From Spirochaetia bacterium (GTDB lineage Bacteria; Spirochaetota; Spirochaetia; UBA9216), in contig OY776510.1 of the NCBI GenBank assembly GCA_963675665.1, positions 2,560,001-2,624,000 on the forward strand: DNA of 64,000 bases. The letters run 5' to 3'. Below are positions 31,719 through 41,319 of this stretch, piece by piece (position 1 is the stretch's first letter; each line of letters opens with the position of its first letter). Below the pieces are notes generated by a model. That model was not told the DNA's origin and did no database searches. It was given only the letters and a program-made list of their open reading frames with translations. The position numbers and the translations under genes were made by a program.

Positions 31719-32729
31719 CTAATAACCCCGCGGGTCAATTAATGATAAATCATCGTTTTCGCTGAATACCTCTTCTTTCACATGTTGAAACCTGGGGATG
31801 GATTCTCCCCTGGCAAGTTTTTCCGCCAGTGAAATTATTGCCGGCCCCATTTTTGGGTTACATTCAATTACGCAATTTACTTCCCCCCGTTTAAGAGCGT
31901 CTATTGCCGCCTGCTCGGCGTCGATTGTTACGATTACAATGTCTTTTCCCGGGTATATGCCCGCTTCGTGCATTGCGTCCATGGCTCCGAGGGTCATACC
32001 GTCGTTATGTGAATATAAAACATCAATGTTGTCGTATGTTTTAATGATTTTTTTCATTAGTTCGTAGCCTTTTGAGCGAAGAAAATCACCTGATACGCTG
32101 TAGATTATTTCAAACTCGGGGTGAAGGTCCAGAATCTCGCGGAACCCGGCGGCGCGGCCTACGGCTACGGATGATCCTTCCGTTCCGGTTATCTCTATTA
32201 TCCTGACCGGATCATCCACGGTTGGAGCCGGAGATTCGGTTTCAGAGAATTTTTCAAGAAGAAAGAATGCCGCTTCACGACCTTCCTGTTCACTGTCGGT
32301 TCCGATAAAGCCCGCGTAGAGGTTTTCGTCTTCGGTATTAATCTTTCGATCAGTGATCAGTATCGGTATTCCGGCATCGCGGGCTTCCTTCAAAATATTG
32401 TCCCAGCCGTCTGCTACAATGGGTACAAAGGCTATAACATCGACCTGATATACAATAAATGAACGAAGGGCTTTTATCTGATTTTCCTGTTTTTGTTCCG
32501 CATTTTCGAAAAGAAGCTGGACCCCTTTTTCAGCGGCAGCTGCCTTGATTGACCTGGTGTTGCACTTTCTCCATGCGCTTTCTGCGCCTATTTGTGAGAA
32601 CCCGAGAATAATATTTTCTTCCATGCCGGCAGCAGGGGCCTTACCCTGTTTCAGCTTTATATATTGAAAACCAAGAGTCCCGGCAACTATAACAATAAGA
32701 ATAAAAACCAATAGTGAAGTTTTTTTCAT
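31719..32729 (-). CDS. Sugar-binding protein (YtfQ/RbsB-like) with N-terminal membrane anchor
   Basis: GFSQIGAESAWR, QENQIKA, SHNDGMTLGA, IECNP. Confidence 0.9.
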   Translation of the reverse strand: MKKTSLLVFILIVIVAGTLGFQYIKLKQGKAPAAGMEENIILGFSQIGAESAWRKCNTRSIKAAAAEKGVQLLFENAEQKQENQIKALRSFIVYQVDVIAFVPIVADGWDNILKEARDAGIPILITDRKINTEDENLYAGFIGTDSEQEGREAAFFLLEKFSETESPAPTVDDPVRIIEITGTEGSSVAVGRAAGFREILDLHPEFEIIYSVSGDFLRSKGYELMKKIIKTYDNIDVLYSHNDGMTLGAMDAMHEAGIYPGKDIVIVTIDAEQAAIDALKRGEVNCVIECNPKMGPAIISLAEKLARGESIPRFQHVKEEVFSENDDLSLIDPRGY

Positions 32730-32887
32730 AAAATTTGATAATTTCCCGATGCGTGTACGTTAACTCATTCTAACCCTGTTTCGGCTGAATGCGCAAGAAA
32801 ATTATACGCTGGTATTGTTTACGCTTTGAAGCAGAGTAGCAGAGAAGTCTATAGCCAAATCGGCTTCTTCTGCATTATAATTATGTT

Positions 32888-33562
32888 ATGAATCATAGTT
32901 TTTCAATCAATGAGCTTCTGCTTTTCCTTATTGCACTATTTGCCGTTTTCAGCCCGTTTGCTGTAATTGGTCCGTTTGCTGTTTTTACCGGTCACTATTC
33001 CGGGAAAACCCGGCGCAGAATAGCCTTCAGGGTAAGCCTCTACTCATCGGTCCTCCTGATTGTTTCGGCCTGGGCCGGCGATGCGCTGCTTCGGTATCTG
33101 GGAATATCGGTTGCAGCCCTCGGGGCGGCCGGAGGACTTGTTCTGATATTAACGTCGCTGCCGATGATTATGAAGGGAGAATCTCCGCGAAGGAAGATCA
33201 AGACCGAAAACGAGCCCGCAAGCGGGAGCCCTGAACATGTGGAAGATCACGAAGAGGGATGGGAAACCATAGTAGTATCTCCGCTTGTTTTTCCGCTGAC
33301 TGTCGGCGCCGGCAGTATTTCGCTTGTAATCACCCAGGCAAGTCTTGCCGCGGGGATAGTCGACAAGCTGGTTTTGACAGGCATTATTATTATACACGGA
33401 CTGCTTATTCATGCCACCTATATGTTTTCCGTTCCGCTTTCGACCCGGCTCGGCGGCAGGGGCAGCGCAGTCATAACCCGGATAGGGGGAATAATACTTT
33501 TGAGCCTGGCTTTTATCATTTTTACAAACGGAATAAAAGTACTTCTTCCTGGGCTTGCCTGA
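32888..33562 (+). CDS. MarC-family membrane protein
   Basis: Six TMs; SPLVFPLTVGAGSI; ITRIGGIIL. Confidence 0.88.
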   Translation: MNHSFSINELLLFLIALFAVFSPFAVIGPFAVFTGHYSGKTRRRIAFRVSLYSSVLLIVSAWAGDALLRYLGISVAALGAAGGLVLILTSLPMIMKGESPRRKIKTENEPASGSPEHVEDHEEGWETIVVSPLVFPLTVGAGSISLVITQASLAAGIVDKLVLTGIIIIHGLLIHATYMFSVPLSTRLGGRGSAVITRIGGIILLSLAFIIFTNGIKVLLPGLA

Positions 33563-33585
33563 GCAAAACAGAATCAAAAAAGCAT

Positions 33586-35994
33586 TCAGTTTACAGCAAT
33601 AACGATTGTTTCCGATTCATGTCGTGAACATGAGGCCTTCAGCCTGACGGAGCCTTTTTCGCCGGTGGTTTTTATCCACGCGGCACAGACTCCGCCGGTA
33701 AAGGCTGTAAGCGACGGGCCCAAAAGCTGTGCAGGGCCGCTTATCTCAATCTGCAGAGCTTCTGAGGCAAAGGGCATTATATTGCCGTACTGGTCGAGCA
33801 GTTTGAAAACGATCCTGGTAGAGTCCCAGGTACCGGCGGGGGTAACCGCATCCAGGGTTTGATCGTCGGCTTCAATAGCCAGGACCTTAAGGCTTCCGGC
33901 CCCGTATCGGCGGCGGACCACTTCGCGTCCGTTATAGAAGCCGGTTATCTCGAAATTGTCTTCGCCGTCGCCCCATCCGGCAAAGAATTCCATGAATAAA
34001 TCAACCAGGTCCCGGAATTTCATCCGGTAACGCTGCATAATCCACGCTATCTGCAAATAATGCCGCGGTTTCATGGCTTCCTGGCCGTGAAGCATTACAT
34101 AACTGATAACCGCTTTGATAATCTTTTGATCACGCGGTCTGAAACGGCTGCCGTCCAGCCTGCTGCCTACCAGCTCGTTGATGATTACCGGAGGATGTTC
34201 GACACCGGGGTAATCATTAAAGGCCGGATAGTAGCTGCCGGTTTCTTTCCCGTTGCGGCTTATTCTGATGTAATCGCAGTTTGTATAAACCTCGATCGGA
34301 AGAATCCTTGCCGCGCTTCGTTCGCCCTTTGCAAATATGCTTGCGGCCTCAAGAACAATCTCCTGCTGCGGGTTTTTCTGGCTGGCATAGACTGCTGCAG
34401 CCGGTTTCGGTATTCTGAATATATCGGAAACGCCGTGATAGCAGATTCGGTCGCCGCTTCCGAATTCCCGGTGAGTGTTATAGTCGAACGCGCACCAGCC
34501 GATGGTACCGCAGATTCGGGGATCGCTTCCGGCCCGGTCAAGAACCCTGAGGTGTCGCAGCGCGTGTTCGCGCAGTCTTTCCTCATTGTCGAACCGCTTT
34601 GTCGGAAACATGTGTCCGTTGAATTCAGTGACGATATACGGAACAGCCCTTCGGCCGGTGATTCTGTTGCGTGCGACTTTTGCCGGGTTGCGGAGAATCG
34701 CGTATTTCGAGGTGTTTCCGGAATGGATAAAATCGTTCATGGTATATACATCTTCAAGAAGTCCGGAATGCTCAATGTAGCGGACTCCTCCCGTCTGACG
34801 CGTCGGATCAAGTTTGCGGGCAACTCTGTTGGTTTCGGCGTAGAAATCATCATCGTCCTGCGATTCGTTTATCCTTACGCCCCAGATAACTACGGACGGC
34901 CTGTTGCGATCGCGGATAACCATTTCCCCGGCTTCATTAACCGAGTTCTGTTTCCAGCGTTCTCCGCCGATATGCTGCCAGCCGGAGATTTCCTCAAAAA
35001 CAAGCAGCCCGATTTCATCACAACGATCAAGAAAGTGCTTTGACTGCGGGTAATGGGAAGTCCTCACCATGTTCAGACCGAGCTCGTATTTAAGTATATC
35101 GGCGTCTCTCCGCTGCACCCGTTCGGGCATTGCGTAACCGACGTACGGGAACGATTGGTGCCGGTTAAGGCCCCGTATCTGAAGTTTTTTTCCGTTAAGA
35201 AAGAATCCCCGGGCTGTAAACCGGCAGCTTCTGAAACCGGTCCTGACTGTAACCTCATCTGTCTTTCGGTCTTTACTATACATCCGGATCCGAACGGTAT
35301 AAAGCACGGGACTGTCAATATCCCAGGGTTCAACATCAAGACTGTTGAAACTGACGTTCAACCGGGGTGTTTCTGCGGCGGTTTCGCTTCTGCAGAGTAT
35401 TTCTCCTTTTCCGGTTTCAACAGATGCCGAAACCGAACTGCCGGTTTCAGGCTGGCCGGAGAATGAAATCTCTACATCAAGAGTATTCCCCGTTTCGGAA
35501 CTGATAACCGGTTTTGCAAACACGTCGCTGATAAATACCGGAGAAACAAGCCTGAGCTGAACTTCCCTGTAGATTCCTCCGAAAGTAAGAAAATCAATGA
35601 CATTGCCGAAGGGCGGGATTTCGGGATTTTCGCGGGCGTCGGTTTTAACCGTCAGGGAATGCTCAGCTCCCGGCCGGACAAAATCTGTTATTTCTACAGT
35701 AAATGGCGTATACCCGCCCTTGTGATCTCCTGCCGGTTTATCATCAATAAAAACTTCCGCAGCAGCCATTACACCTTCAAAATCCAGGAAAACCCGGTTT
35801 GCACCGGCTGTTTCGGGAATTTTTAATATTCTGCTGTAATAGCTCTCAAACTGGTAATCTGTCTCATCAAAACAGTTGCATGGCAATTCCAGATTAGTAT
35901 GGGGCAGGGTTATATTTTCGGATTGAATCGTTTCTCCGTTTTTATCAATATAACTGAACGACCAGTTTCTGTTCAGAGGTATTATTGTTCTCAT
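33586..35994 (-). CDS. Glycoside hydrolase family 2 (beta-galactosidase-like)
   Basis: LDFEGV, HKGGYTPF, GGIYREV, GLNRHQ, VRTSHYP, VRINES, VTEFNGH. Confidence 0.93.
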   Translation of the reverse strand: MRTIIPLNRNWSFSYIDKNGETIQSENITLPHTNLELPCNCFDETDYQFESYYSRILKIPETAGANRVFLDFEGVMAAAEVFIDDKPAGDHKGGYTPFTVEITDFVRPGAEHSLTVKTDARENPEIPPFGNVIDFLTFGGIYREVQLRLVSPVFISDVFAKPVISSETGNTLDVEISFSGQPETGSSVSASVETGKGEILCRSETAAETPRLNVSFNSLDVEPWDIDSPVLYTVRIRMYSKDRKTDEVTVRTGFRSCRFTARGFFLNGKKLQIRGLNRHQSFPYVGYAMPERVQRRDADILKYELGLNMVRTSHYPQSKHFLDRCDEIGLLVFEEISGWQHIGGERWKQNSVNEAGEMVIRDRNRPSVVIWGVRINESQDDDDFYAETNRVARKLDPTRQTGGVRYIEHSGLLEDVYTMNDFIHSGNTSKYAILRNPAKVARNRITGRRAVPYIVTEFNGHMFPTKRFDNEERLREHALRHLRVLDRAGSDPRICGTIGWCAFDYNTHREFGSGDRICYHGVSDIFRIPKPAAAVYASQKNPQQEIVLEAASIFAKGERSAARILPIEVYTNCDYIRISRNGKETGSYYPAFNDYPGVEHPPVIINELVGSRLDGSRFRPRDQKIIKAVISYVMLHGQEAMKPRHYLQIAWIMQRYRMKFRDLVDLFMEFFAGWGDGEDNFEITGFYNGREVVRRRYGAGSLKVLAIEADDQTLDAVTPAGTWDSTRIVFKLLDQYGNIMPFASEALQIEISGPAQLLGPSLTAFTGGVCAAWIKTTGEKGSVRLKASCSRHESETIVIAVN

Positions 35995-36071
35995 AAAAAG
36001 ATAGTAAAATAGAGTTTTCTTTTTTGCAAGAATCGAATTATTATTATATAGTTTATATATAGAAGATTACT

Positions 36072-37520
36072 ATGAATATTAGCGGAAAAGATCTTACTTT
36101 TGACGAACTCCTTCTTTTTTTAAATGAAACGGCAATAAGTGTAATAATAGAGGCGGAAGGCATTTTCAGCGCAGCCAACAGTTACTTTTATGAGCTGACG
36201 GGATATACCGAAGATGAACTGAGAGGGAAAAGTGTTCCCGCACTTTTTGCTGAAGAATCACTTCTTGAAATAATTGATTCCAGAGACAGAATAACTGAAA
36301 ACATAGATAAATCGCAGGTAATCAGAAGCAAGGACAAGTACCTGTCTGTTGTTCTGAAATGCAAGGACGGCAGAAATATCGGCATGCTGATGATTCTGGT
36401 TATGCTGGCCGGGCCTCCGAAAAGAAAATGGGGTTACAAGCTGATAGAGCAGTCAATCTTTCATGCCGAGACCCGGCATATTGAGAAAATGGAAAAGCTG
36501 AAGGATTACCTGCTGAACATCAGCCAGTCGCTGATAAGGCTTGAGGATATTCAGAACTTTTATACTCTGGTGCTCGAGGCTGCCGGGGCCTCGTTCACCC
36601 AGGGCGATTACTGCACCATACTGAAGCTGATCGACGGCAATATTTTTGTGCCGGTTGCAGCACGCGGGTATTCCTGGAACGTGATGGCCCGTTTCAGGCT
36701 CCCGCTGAAGCAGTCTTTCTCATGGCTGCTGCTGGGCCGGCAGATTGACCGTACAATTATTGTCGACGATATCGACAAGCTTTGCGAAAAAACAGGCAGG
36801 GTTGAAAAATTGATTGAGGTAGAAGGTTACCCGATAAAATCATCGCTCCAGACGCCAATTTATCTTAATGATGAATTATACGGAATTCTTACAATCGACA
36901 GCACTGAAAAAAATGCATTTACCGAAGACGATTTCAATACCATTGAATACCTGCGCGCCCAGATTCAGATTGCGCTTGAAAACCAGCTTCTTTATAACAA
37001 GATGCAGCACCAGGCAAGCCATGATAATCTTACCGATGTAGCCAGCCGCGGCGCTTTTGAAGAGCAGGTTATAAAATTTCTAAGAACCAAGAACCACTAT
37101 GAATCATGCTGCATAATAATGATGGATCTCAATGATCTTAAAATTGTAAATGATGTGTGGGGGCATTCCGCCGGAGACCGGCTTCTGCTGGAGTTTATAA
37201 GGATTTTGCAGAAACATTTGAGGGGCAGTGATTTACTTGCAAGACTGGGTGGAGATGAATTTGCATTCTGTTTCTTTTCGTCACAGTCGGCTCATTTTAT
37301 CGAAAGAATCGAAGAAATTCAGCAGTATTTCATCGACAATCCGCTTGATTTTGACGGAAGAAAGGTCAGCTGCTATTTCAGTTACGGAATATCATACTGT
37401 CCCGAGGACGGCGATTCCTACGCTGTGCTGCTTAATACTGCTGATTCGAGAATGTATCAGATGAAAGCGGACTTGAAAAAAGGGAAACTGAAAAATGATC
37501 TGCACGAATACAGACGGTAA
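36072..37520 (+). CDS. PAS-GAF-GGDEF diguanylate cyclase
   Basis: PAS (ELTGYTEDEL), GAF (GILTIDS..FTEDD), RGSD I-site, RLGGDEF. Confidence 0.9.
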   Translation: MNISGKDLTFDELLLFLNETAISVIIEAEGIFSAANSYFYELTGYTEDELRGKSVPALFAEESLLEIIDSRDRITENIDKSQVIRSKDKYLSVVLKCKDGRNIGMLMILVMLAGPPKRKWGYKLIEQSIFHAETRHIEKMEKLKDYLLNISQSLIRLEDIQNFYTLVLEAAGASFTQGDYCTILKLIDGNIFVPVAARGYSWNVMARFRLPLKQSFSWLLLGRQIDRTIIVDDIDKLCEKTGRVEKLIEVEGYPIKSSLQTPIYLNDELYGILTIDSTEKNAFTEDDFNTIEYLRAQIQIALENQLLYNKMQHQASHDNLTDVASRGAFEEQVIKFLRTKNHYESCCIIMMDLNDLKIVNDVWGHSAGDRLLLEFIRILQKHLRGSDLLARLGGDEFAFCFFSSQSAHFIERIEEIQQYFIDNPLDFDGRKVSCYFSYGISYCPEDGDSYAVLLNTADSRMYQMKADLKKGKLKNDLHEYRR

Positions 37521-37529
37521 GGCCTGCAT

Positions 37530-38951
37530 ATGAAAATAATTGTCGGGCACAGCAACATGGACCTGGATTGCATAGGGTCGATAGTACTTGCAAAATATCT
37601 TTTTCCGGATTTTCAGCCTGTAAAAAGCAGGTTGATACACCCGGTTGCGGAAAACCTTCATAATATGTATCAGAACCATCTTGCGTTTCTTAACGCCAAA
37701 GACCTTGATGGTCAGCATGTTAGCAAGATGATAGTTGTTGATACCCGCACTTCGGGACGGATAGCGGAATATCTGGCGCATATCAGTAACGATGATTATG
37801 AGGTTGAAGTATTCGATCATCACCCGGCAGACGAGAAAGACATTCCCAATGCCGTTATTCATGAAAAACCGTACGGCGCCAATACTACCCAGCTTGGAAA
37901 GGAAATTATAAAACAGGGTATAAAAATCAGCCCGGAAGACGCAACCATCGCCCTTGCCGGAATTTTCGCAGATACAGGTAATTTTACACATCTGAATGTG
38001 ACCTGCGAGGATTTTGAAGTGGCTTCATTTCTTATAGACAGCGGCGCTTCCCTGAAACTTGTTTCTCATTTTCTGCAGCCGCTGCGAAAGAAACTTCAGA
38101 TCACCCTGTTCCATCAGGTACTCAATTCGATTGAATACCGGACAATACAGGGGCATTTTATAATTACCAGTTATATCGGCCTTGACGATGAAACCTCAGG
38201 AGTAAATGCAGTAGTTGAAAAGGTTTTTGAAGTTGAAAACGCCGAAGTCTATCTGGCCTTCTTTTATATAAAGAAGCGGAAAAAGCTGCTCATAGTGGGA
38301 CGCAATAAAAAAGCCTTTATAAAACTGAATGAAATTATGGCCGAATTTGGCGGAGGCGGGCATAACCAGGCTGCGTCCGCAGTTATAAAGACTGACAACG
38401 GGAGGCCGGTTTATAACCGAATACTCGAGTATCTTGATGAAATTCTTTTACCCGCCTATACGGCGGCGGATATAATGACCGAAGATGTGATTGCGGTTAA
38501 CGCCGACAGCACCCTGCTTGACGCATCGTTGAAACTTGAAGAGATTTCACATACAGGAGCACCCGTTATTGACAGTGACGGGAATGTTACAGGATTTCTT
38601 ACGCTTCGCGATATCATGAAAGGCCGGCGTTCAGGGCAGATGCATTCGCCGGTTAAGGGTTATATGACGCGAAAGATAGTAACTGCTTCACCTGAAACGA
38701 CGGTCCGTGAGATTGACGAGCTGATGTTTGAACACAATATCGGTCACCTGCCGGTTGTAAAGGACGGAAAACTGGCGGGTATCGTTACGCGTCACGATTA
38801 TCTGAACTTCAGGCGCGGAGAACAGAAAAAACGGGTTAATGCATATAAGGAAATTGCGATCCTGAAAGAGAAGACGGAAGCTGCCGATTCGCAGAACGAT
38901 AACGGGACGGTCCCAGTTGTTCAATCCGAACACGAAATGCAGCAGCTGTAA
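37530..38951 (+). CDS. DHH/DHHA1 phosphoesterase with CBS pair
   Basis: HSNMDLDCIGS, VVDT, FDHH, DTGNF, GGGGHNQAASA, two CBS repeats. Confidence 0.9.
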   Translation: MKIIVGHSNMDLDCIGSIVLAKYLFPDFQPVKSRLIHPVAENLHNMYQNHLAFLNAKDLDGQHVSKMIVVDTRTSGRIAEYLAHISNDDYEVEVFDHHPADEKDIPNAVIHEKPYGANTTQLGKEIIKQGIKISPEDATIALAGIFADTGNFTHLNVTCEDFEVASFLIDSGASLKLVSHFLQPLRKKLQITLFHQVLNSIEYRTIQGHFIITSYIGLDDETSGVNAVVEKVFEVENAEVYLAFFYIKKRKKLLIVGRNKKAFIKLNEIMAEFGGGGHNQAASAVIKTDNGRPVYNRILEYLDEILLPAYTAADIMTEDVIAVNADSTLLDASLKLEEISHTGAPVIDSDGNVTGFLTLRDIMKGRRSGQMHSPVKGYMTRKIVTASPETTVREIDELMFEHNIGHLPVVKDGKLAGIVTRHDYLNFRRGEQKKRVNAYKEIAILKEKTEAADSQNDNGTVPVVQSEHEMQQL

Positions 38952-38956
38952 TTCAG

Positions 38957-40159
38957 TTAATCAAGCCGATCCGCCAGCCGGTTCAGAAAAAGTCCCACAT
39001 CGCTTACAATGCCGATTGCCTGTCCTGAGCCGCGATCGGCAAGTTTTGTAACCACCGCAGGATTGATGTCGACGCAGACGGTATTAACCCAGGACGGAAG
39101 CATATTCCCGGTCCCTATGGAATGGAGCATCGTAGACAGCATCAGTACCGCCGATGCGTCTTTTATAATTTCGGCATAGGCCGCCTGCGCCGAAATCATG
39201 TCTGTTTCTGTTTCGGGAAGCGGCCCGTCGTCCCGGATTGAACCGGCAAGGCAGTATGGTATGCCGGTTTTGACAACCGTATACATAAGGCCGCTCTCAA
39301 GATCGCCGTTCTCTACAGCAGCAGCTATGGAACCGTGATGGTATATACGGTTAATGGCTTTCATATGATTTTTATGACCTTCATGTGTAGGACGCCCCGT
39401 TTTAAGATCAATACCGAGAGATGTTCCGAAATACTGCGATTCAATATCGTGAACGGCAATTGCGTTGCCGGCAAGCAAGCCGCTGATGTAGCCCCGTTCA
39501 ACAAGAGATGCCAGCGCAGGACCTCCGCCGGTATGAATGACCACCGGGCCCGCTACAGCAATTACTTTTTCGCCGTTTTTCTTCATACTTCTGAATGCCG
39601 CCGCTATCCGGTCGACAGCCATATCAGCGGCCCGTTCTGAAGAGACCTCTCCCGACATGAACCCGAAATCATCTTTTTGTCTTTTCCGGGCCGGCGGAAA
39701 GATTCGCACCGAATCCGCGTTAACAAGAACCTGTTCGCCCTTTTTTATATCGCGCAGTTTTCGGCATTCAAACCCGCCGCCGCTTTTAATAATTGCCGCG
39801 TCCATTCTCTGGTGCGCAACTGTTTTCCATTCTCCGCCCGAATACACTTCAGTCCGGTGGTTTGTTGATGAGTAGAAGTTTTCAGGGGCGCATTTATCTG
39901 AAGGAGCCGGGCATAATTCAGCCTCGGCGGCCGATTTTTCGTAACAGCCCTGGGCTATCAGTTTTTCGGTAAGGGTTTCCAGCTGTCCGGCAGTATCGGC
40001 AGTCAACTCTATTTCAAGCCGTGATTCCTCAGTATTTATCTTGCCGATATCAAATTTTATTATTTCGTAATCGGCCCCTTCCTCAATAATAAGGTTAAGT
40101 ATCGACGATAAAATACCCGAGTCAATCAGATGCCCTGTGGAAATAAATCTTCTGTTCAT
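38957..40159 (-). CDS. TIGR00300-family protein (LOR/SDH-related, putative ornithine cyclodeaminase)
   Basis: GHLIDS, FYSSTNHRT, FGFMSGEVSSER, GNAIAVHDIE, AGSIRDDGPLP, MLHSIGTGN, VTKLADRGS. Confidence 0.85.
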   Translation of the reverse strand: MNRRFISTGHLIDSGILSSILNLIIEEGADYEIIKFDIGKINTEESRLEIELTADTAGQLETLTEKLIAQGCYEKSAAEAELCPAPSDKCAPENFYSSTNHRTEVYSGGEWKTVAHQRMDAAIIKSGGGFECRKLRDIKKGEQVLVNADSVRIFPPARKRQKDDFGFMSGEVSSERAADMAVDRIAAAFRSMKKNGEKVIAVAGPVVIHTGGGPALASLVERGYISGLLAGNAIAVHDIESQYFGTSLGIDLKTGRPTHEGHKNHMKAINRIYHHGSIAAAVENGDLESGLMYTVVKTGIPYCLAGSIRDDGPLPETETDMISAQAAYAEIIKDASAVLMLSTMLHSIGTGNMLPSWVNTVCVDINPAVVTKLADRGSGQAIGIVSDVGLFLNRLADRLD

Positions 40160-40210
40160 AAGCTCAGTTTATATAAAACAATGTTATACTTCAATTGCAG
40201 GAGCAGATGA

Positions 40211-41002
40211 ATGATTAACAGAACAGTGGAAATAATGCTGAACAGGCGTTCGGTCAGAGCTTATACCGACACCGCAATTACGGAAGAAGACAAGCGGCTG
40301 TTGTTTGAATGTGCAATGCGCGCGCCTACAGCGGGCAATATGATGTTGTACTCCATGATCGAAGTAAGCGATCAGAAATTAAAAGACAGACTGTCGGTGA
40401 CTTGCGATAACCAGCCCTTTATTTCAAAAGCGCCCCTGCTGGTTCTGTTTCTTGCCGACTATCAGCGGTTGTTTGATTTTTACCTGGCAAGCGGGGCCGA
40501 AAAGTGGGCGGAAAAGCAGGGGCGCGAATTTCGTACTCCTGAAGAGGGAGACCTTCTGCTTGCCGTCAACGACGCGCTGATTGCCGCGCAGTCGATGGTT
40601 ACTGCTGCTGAATCCCTGGGAATAGGGTCGTGCTACATAGGCGACATAATGGAGAATTACGAAACCCATTGTCAGATGTTCGGCCTTCCGGATTATGTTT
40701 TTCCGGTAACCCTGGTCTGCTTCGGTTACCCTAAAAAACCCTGTTCCGAACAAAGCCTGGTCCCGCGTTTTGAAGAGAAATTTGTCCGTTTTGAAAATTC
40801 CTACCGCCGCTTTGAAGAGGATGAGATCCTCGGTTTATACGACAGGCTTGAGAAGTGGCTGCATAAGGGCAGGCCCGCCGATTACGCCGAGGGTAATATC
40901 GGCTGTCATCAGTACAAGCGGAAATTTGATGCTGACTACGCCCTTGAAATGAACCGTTCGGTCCGTGCGGCCCTTGAAAACTGGCGAAACAAAAACAAGT
41001 GA
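40211..41002 (+). CDS. Nitroreductase family protein (NfsA/FRP-like)
   Basis: RRSVRAY, APTAGN, AAESLGIGSCYIG, FGYP. Confidence 0.92.
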   Translation: MINRTVEIMLNRRSVRAYTDTAITEEDKRLLFECAMRAPTAGNMMLYSMIEVSDQKLKDRLSVTCDNQPFISKAPLLVLFLADYQRLFDFYLASGAEKWAEKQGREFRTPEEGDLLLAVNDALIAAQSMVTAAESLGIGSCYIGDIMENYETHCQMFGLPDYVFPVTLVCFGYPKKPCSEQSLVPRFEEKFVRFENSYRRFEEDEILGLYDRLEKWLHKGRPADYAEGNIGCHQYKRKFDADYALEMNRSVRAALENWRNKNK

Positions 41003-41076
41003 GAGCCCGGGTTCCGTTTTTCAGGAATAACGGGCCACGGATGTTCACGGATAACCACGGATAAATTTGCTGCTTG

Positions 41077-41106
41077 TTGACACGGAAAGCGGTTAGATGG
41101 TATCTT
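41077..41106 (+). promoter_or_regulatory. Sigma-70-type promoter of tRNA-Pro
   Basis: TTGACA-N18-TATCTT (TGG immediately before -10), 15 bp upstream of the tRNA. Confidence 0.6.
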
Positions 41107-41121
41107 GTTTTCCAGCAATAA

Positions 41122-41195
41122 CGGGCTGTAGCGCAGGGGTTTAGCGTACATGTCTGGGGGACATGGGGTCGGCAGTTCAAATCTGCCCAGCCCGA
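41122..41195 (+). tRNA. tRNA-Pro (GGG), CCA not encoded; island integration site
   Basis: cgggctg/cagcccg acceptor stem; anticodon arm catgt-ctGGGgg-acatg; ggcagttcaaatctgcc T arm. Confidence 0.95.
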
Positions 41196-41196
41196 A
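41144..41196 (+). repeat. attL (3' part of tRNA-Pro)
   Basis: gcgtacatgtctgggggacatggggtcggcagttcaaatctgcccagcccgaa, identical to 57801-57853. Confidence 0.93.
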
Positions 41197-41319
41197 TATT
41201 AATTATTTATATTGTAACGATTTAAGTACGTACTTGAAAAACGGTTAGAAATAACCGTTTTTTTTGTATGCAGATTGTAGGCACTTTTCTTTTAGAACAA
41301 ATAAGAGGCGGCATACAAG

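Noticed and set aside
34060-35043. Long antisense ORFs (also 30681-31514, 14185-14850, 63280-63624)
   Set aside because: Shadow frames opposite well-supported genes; no motifs
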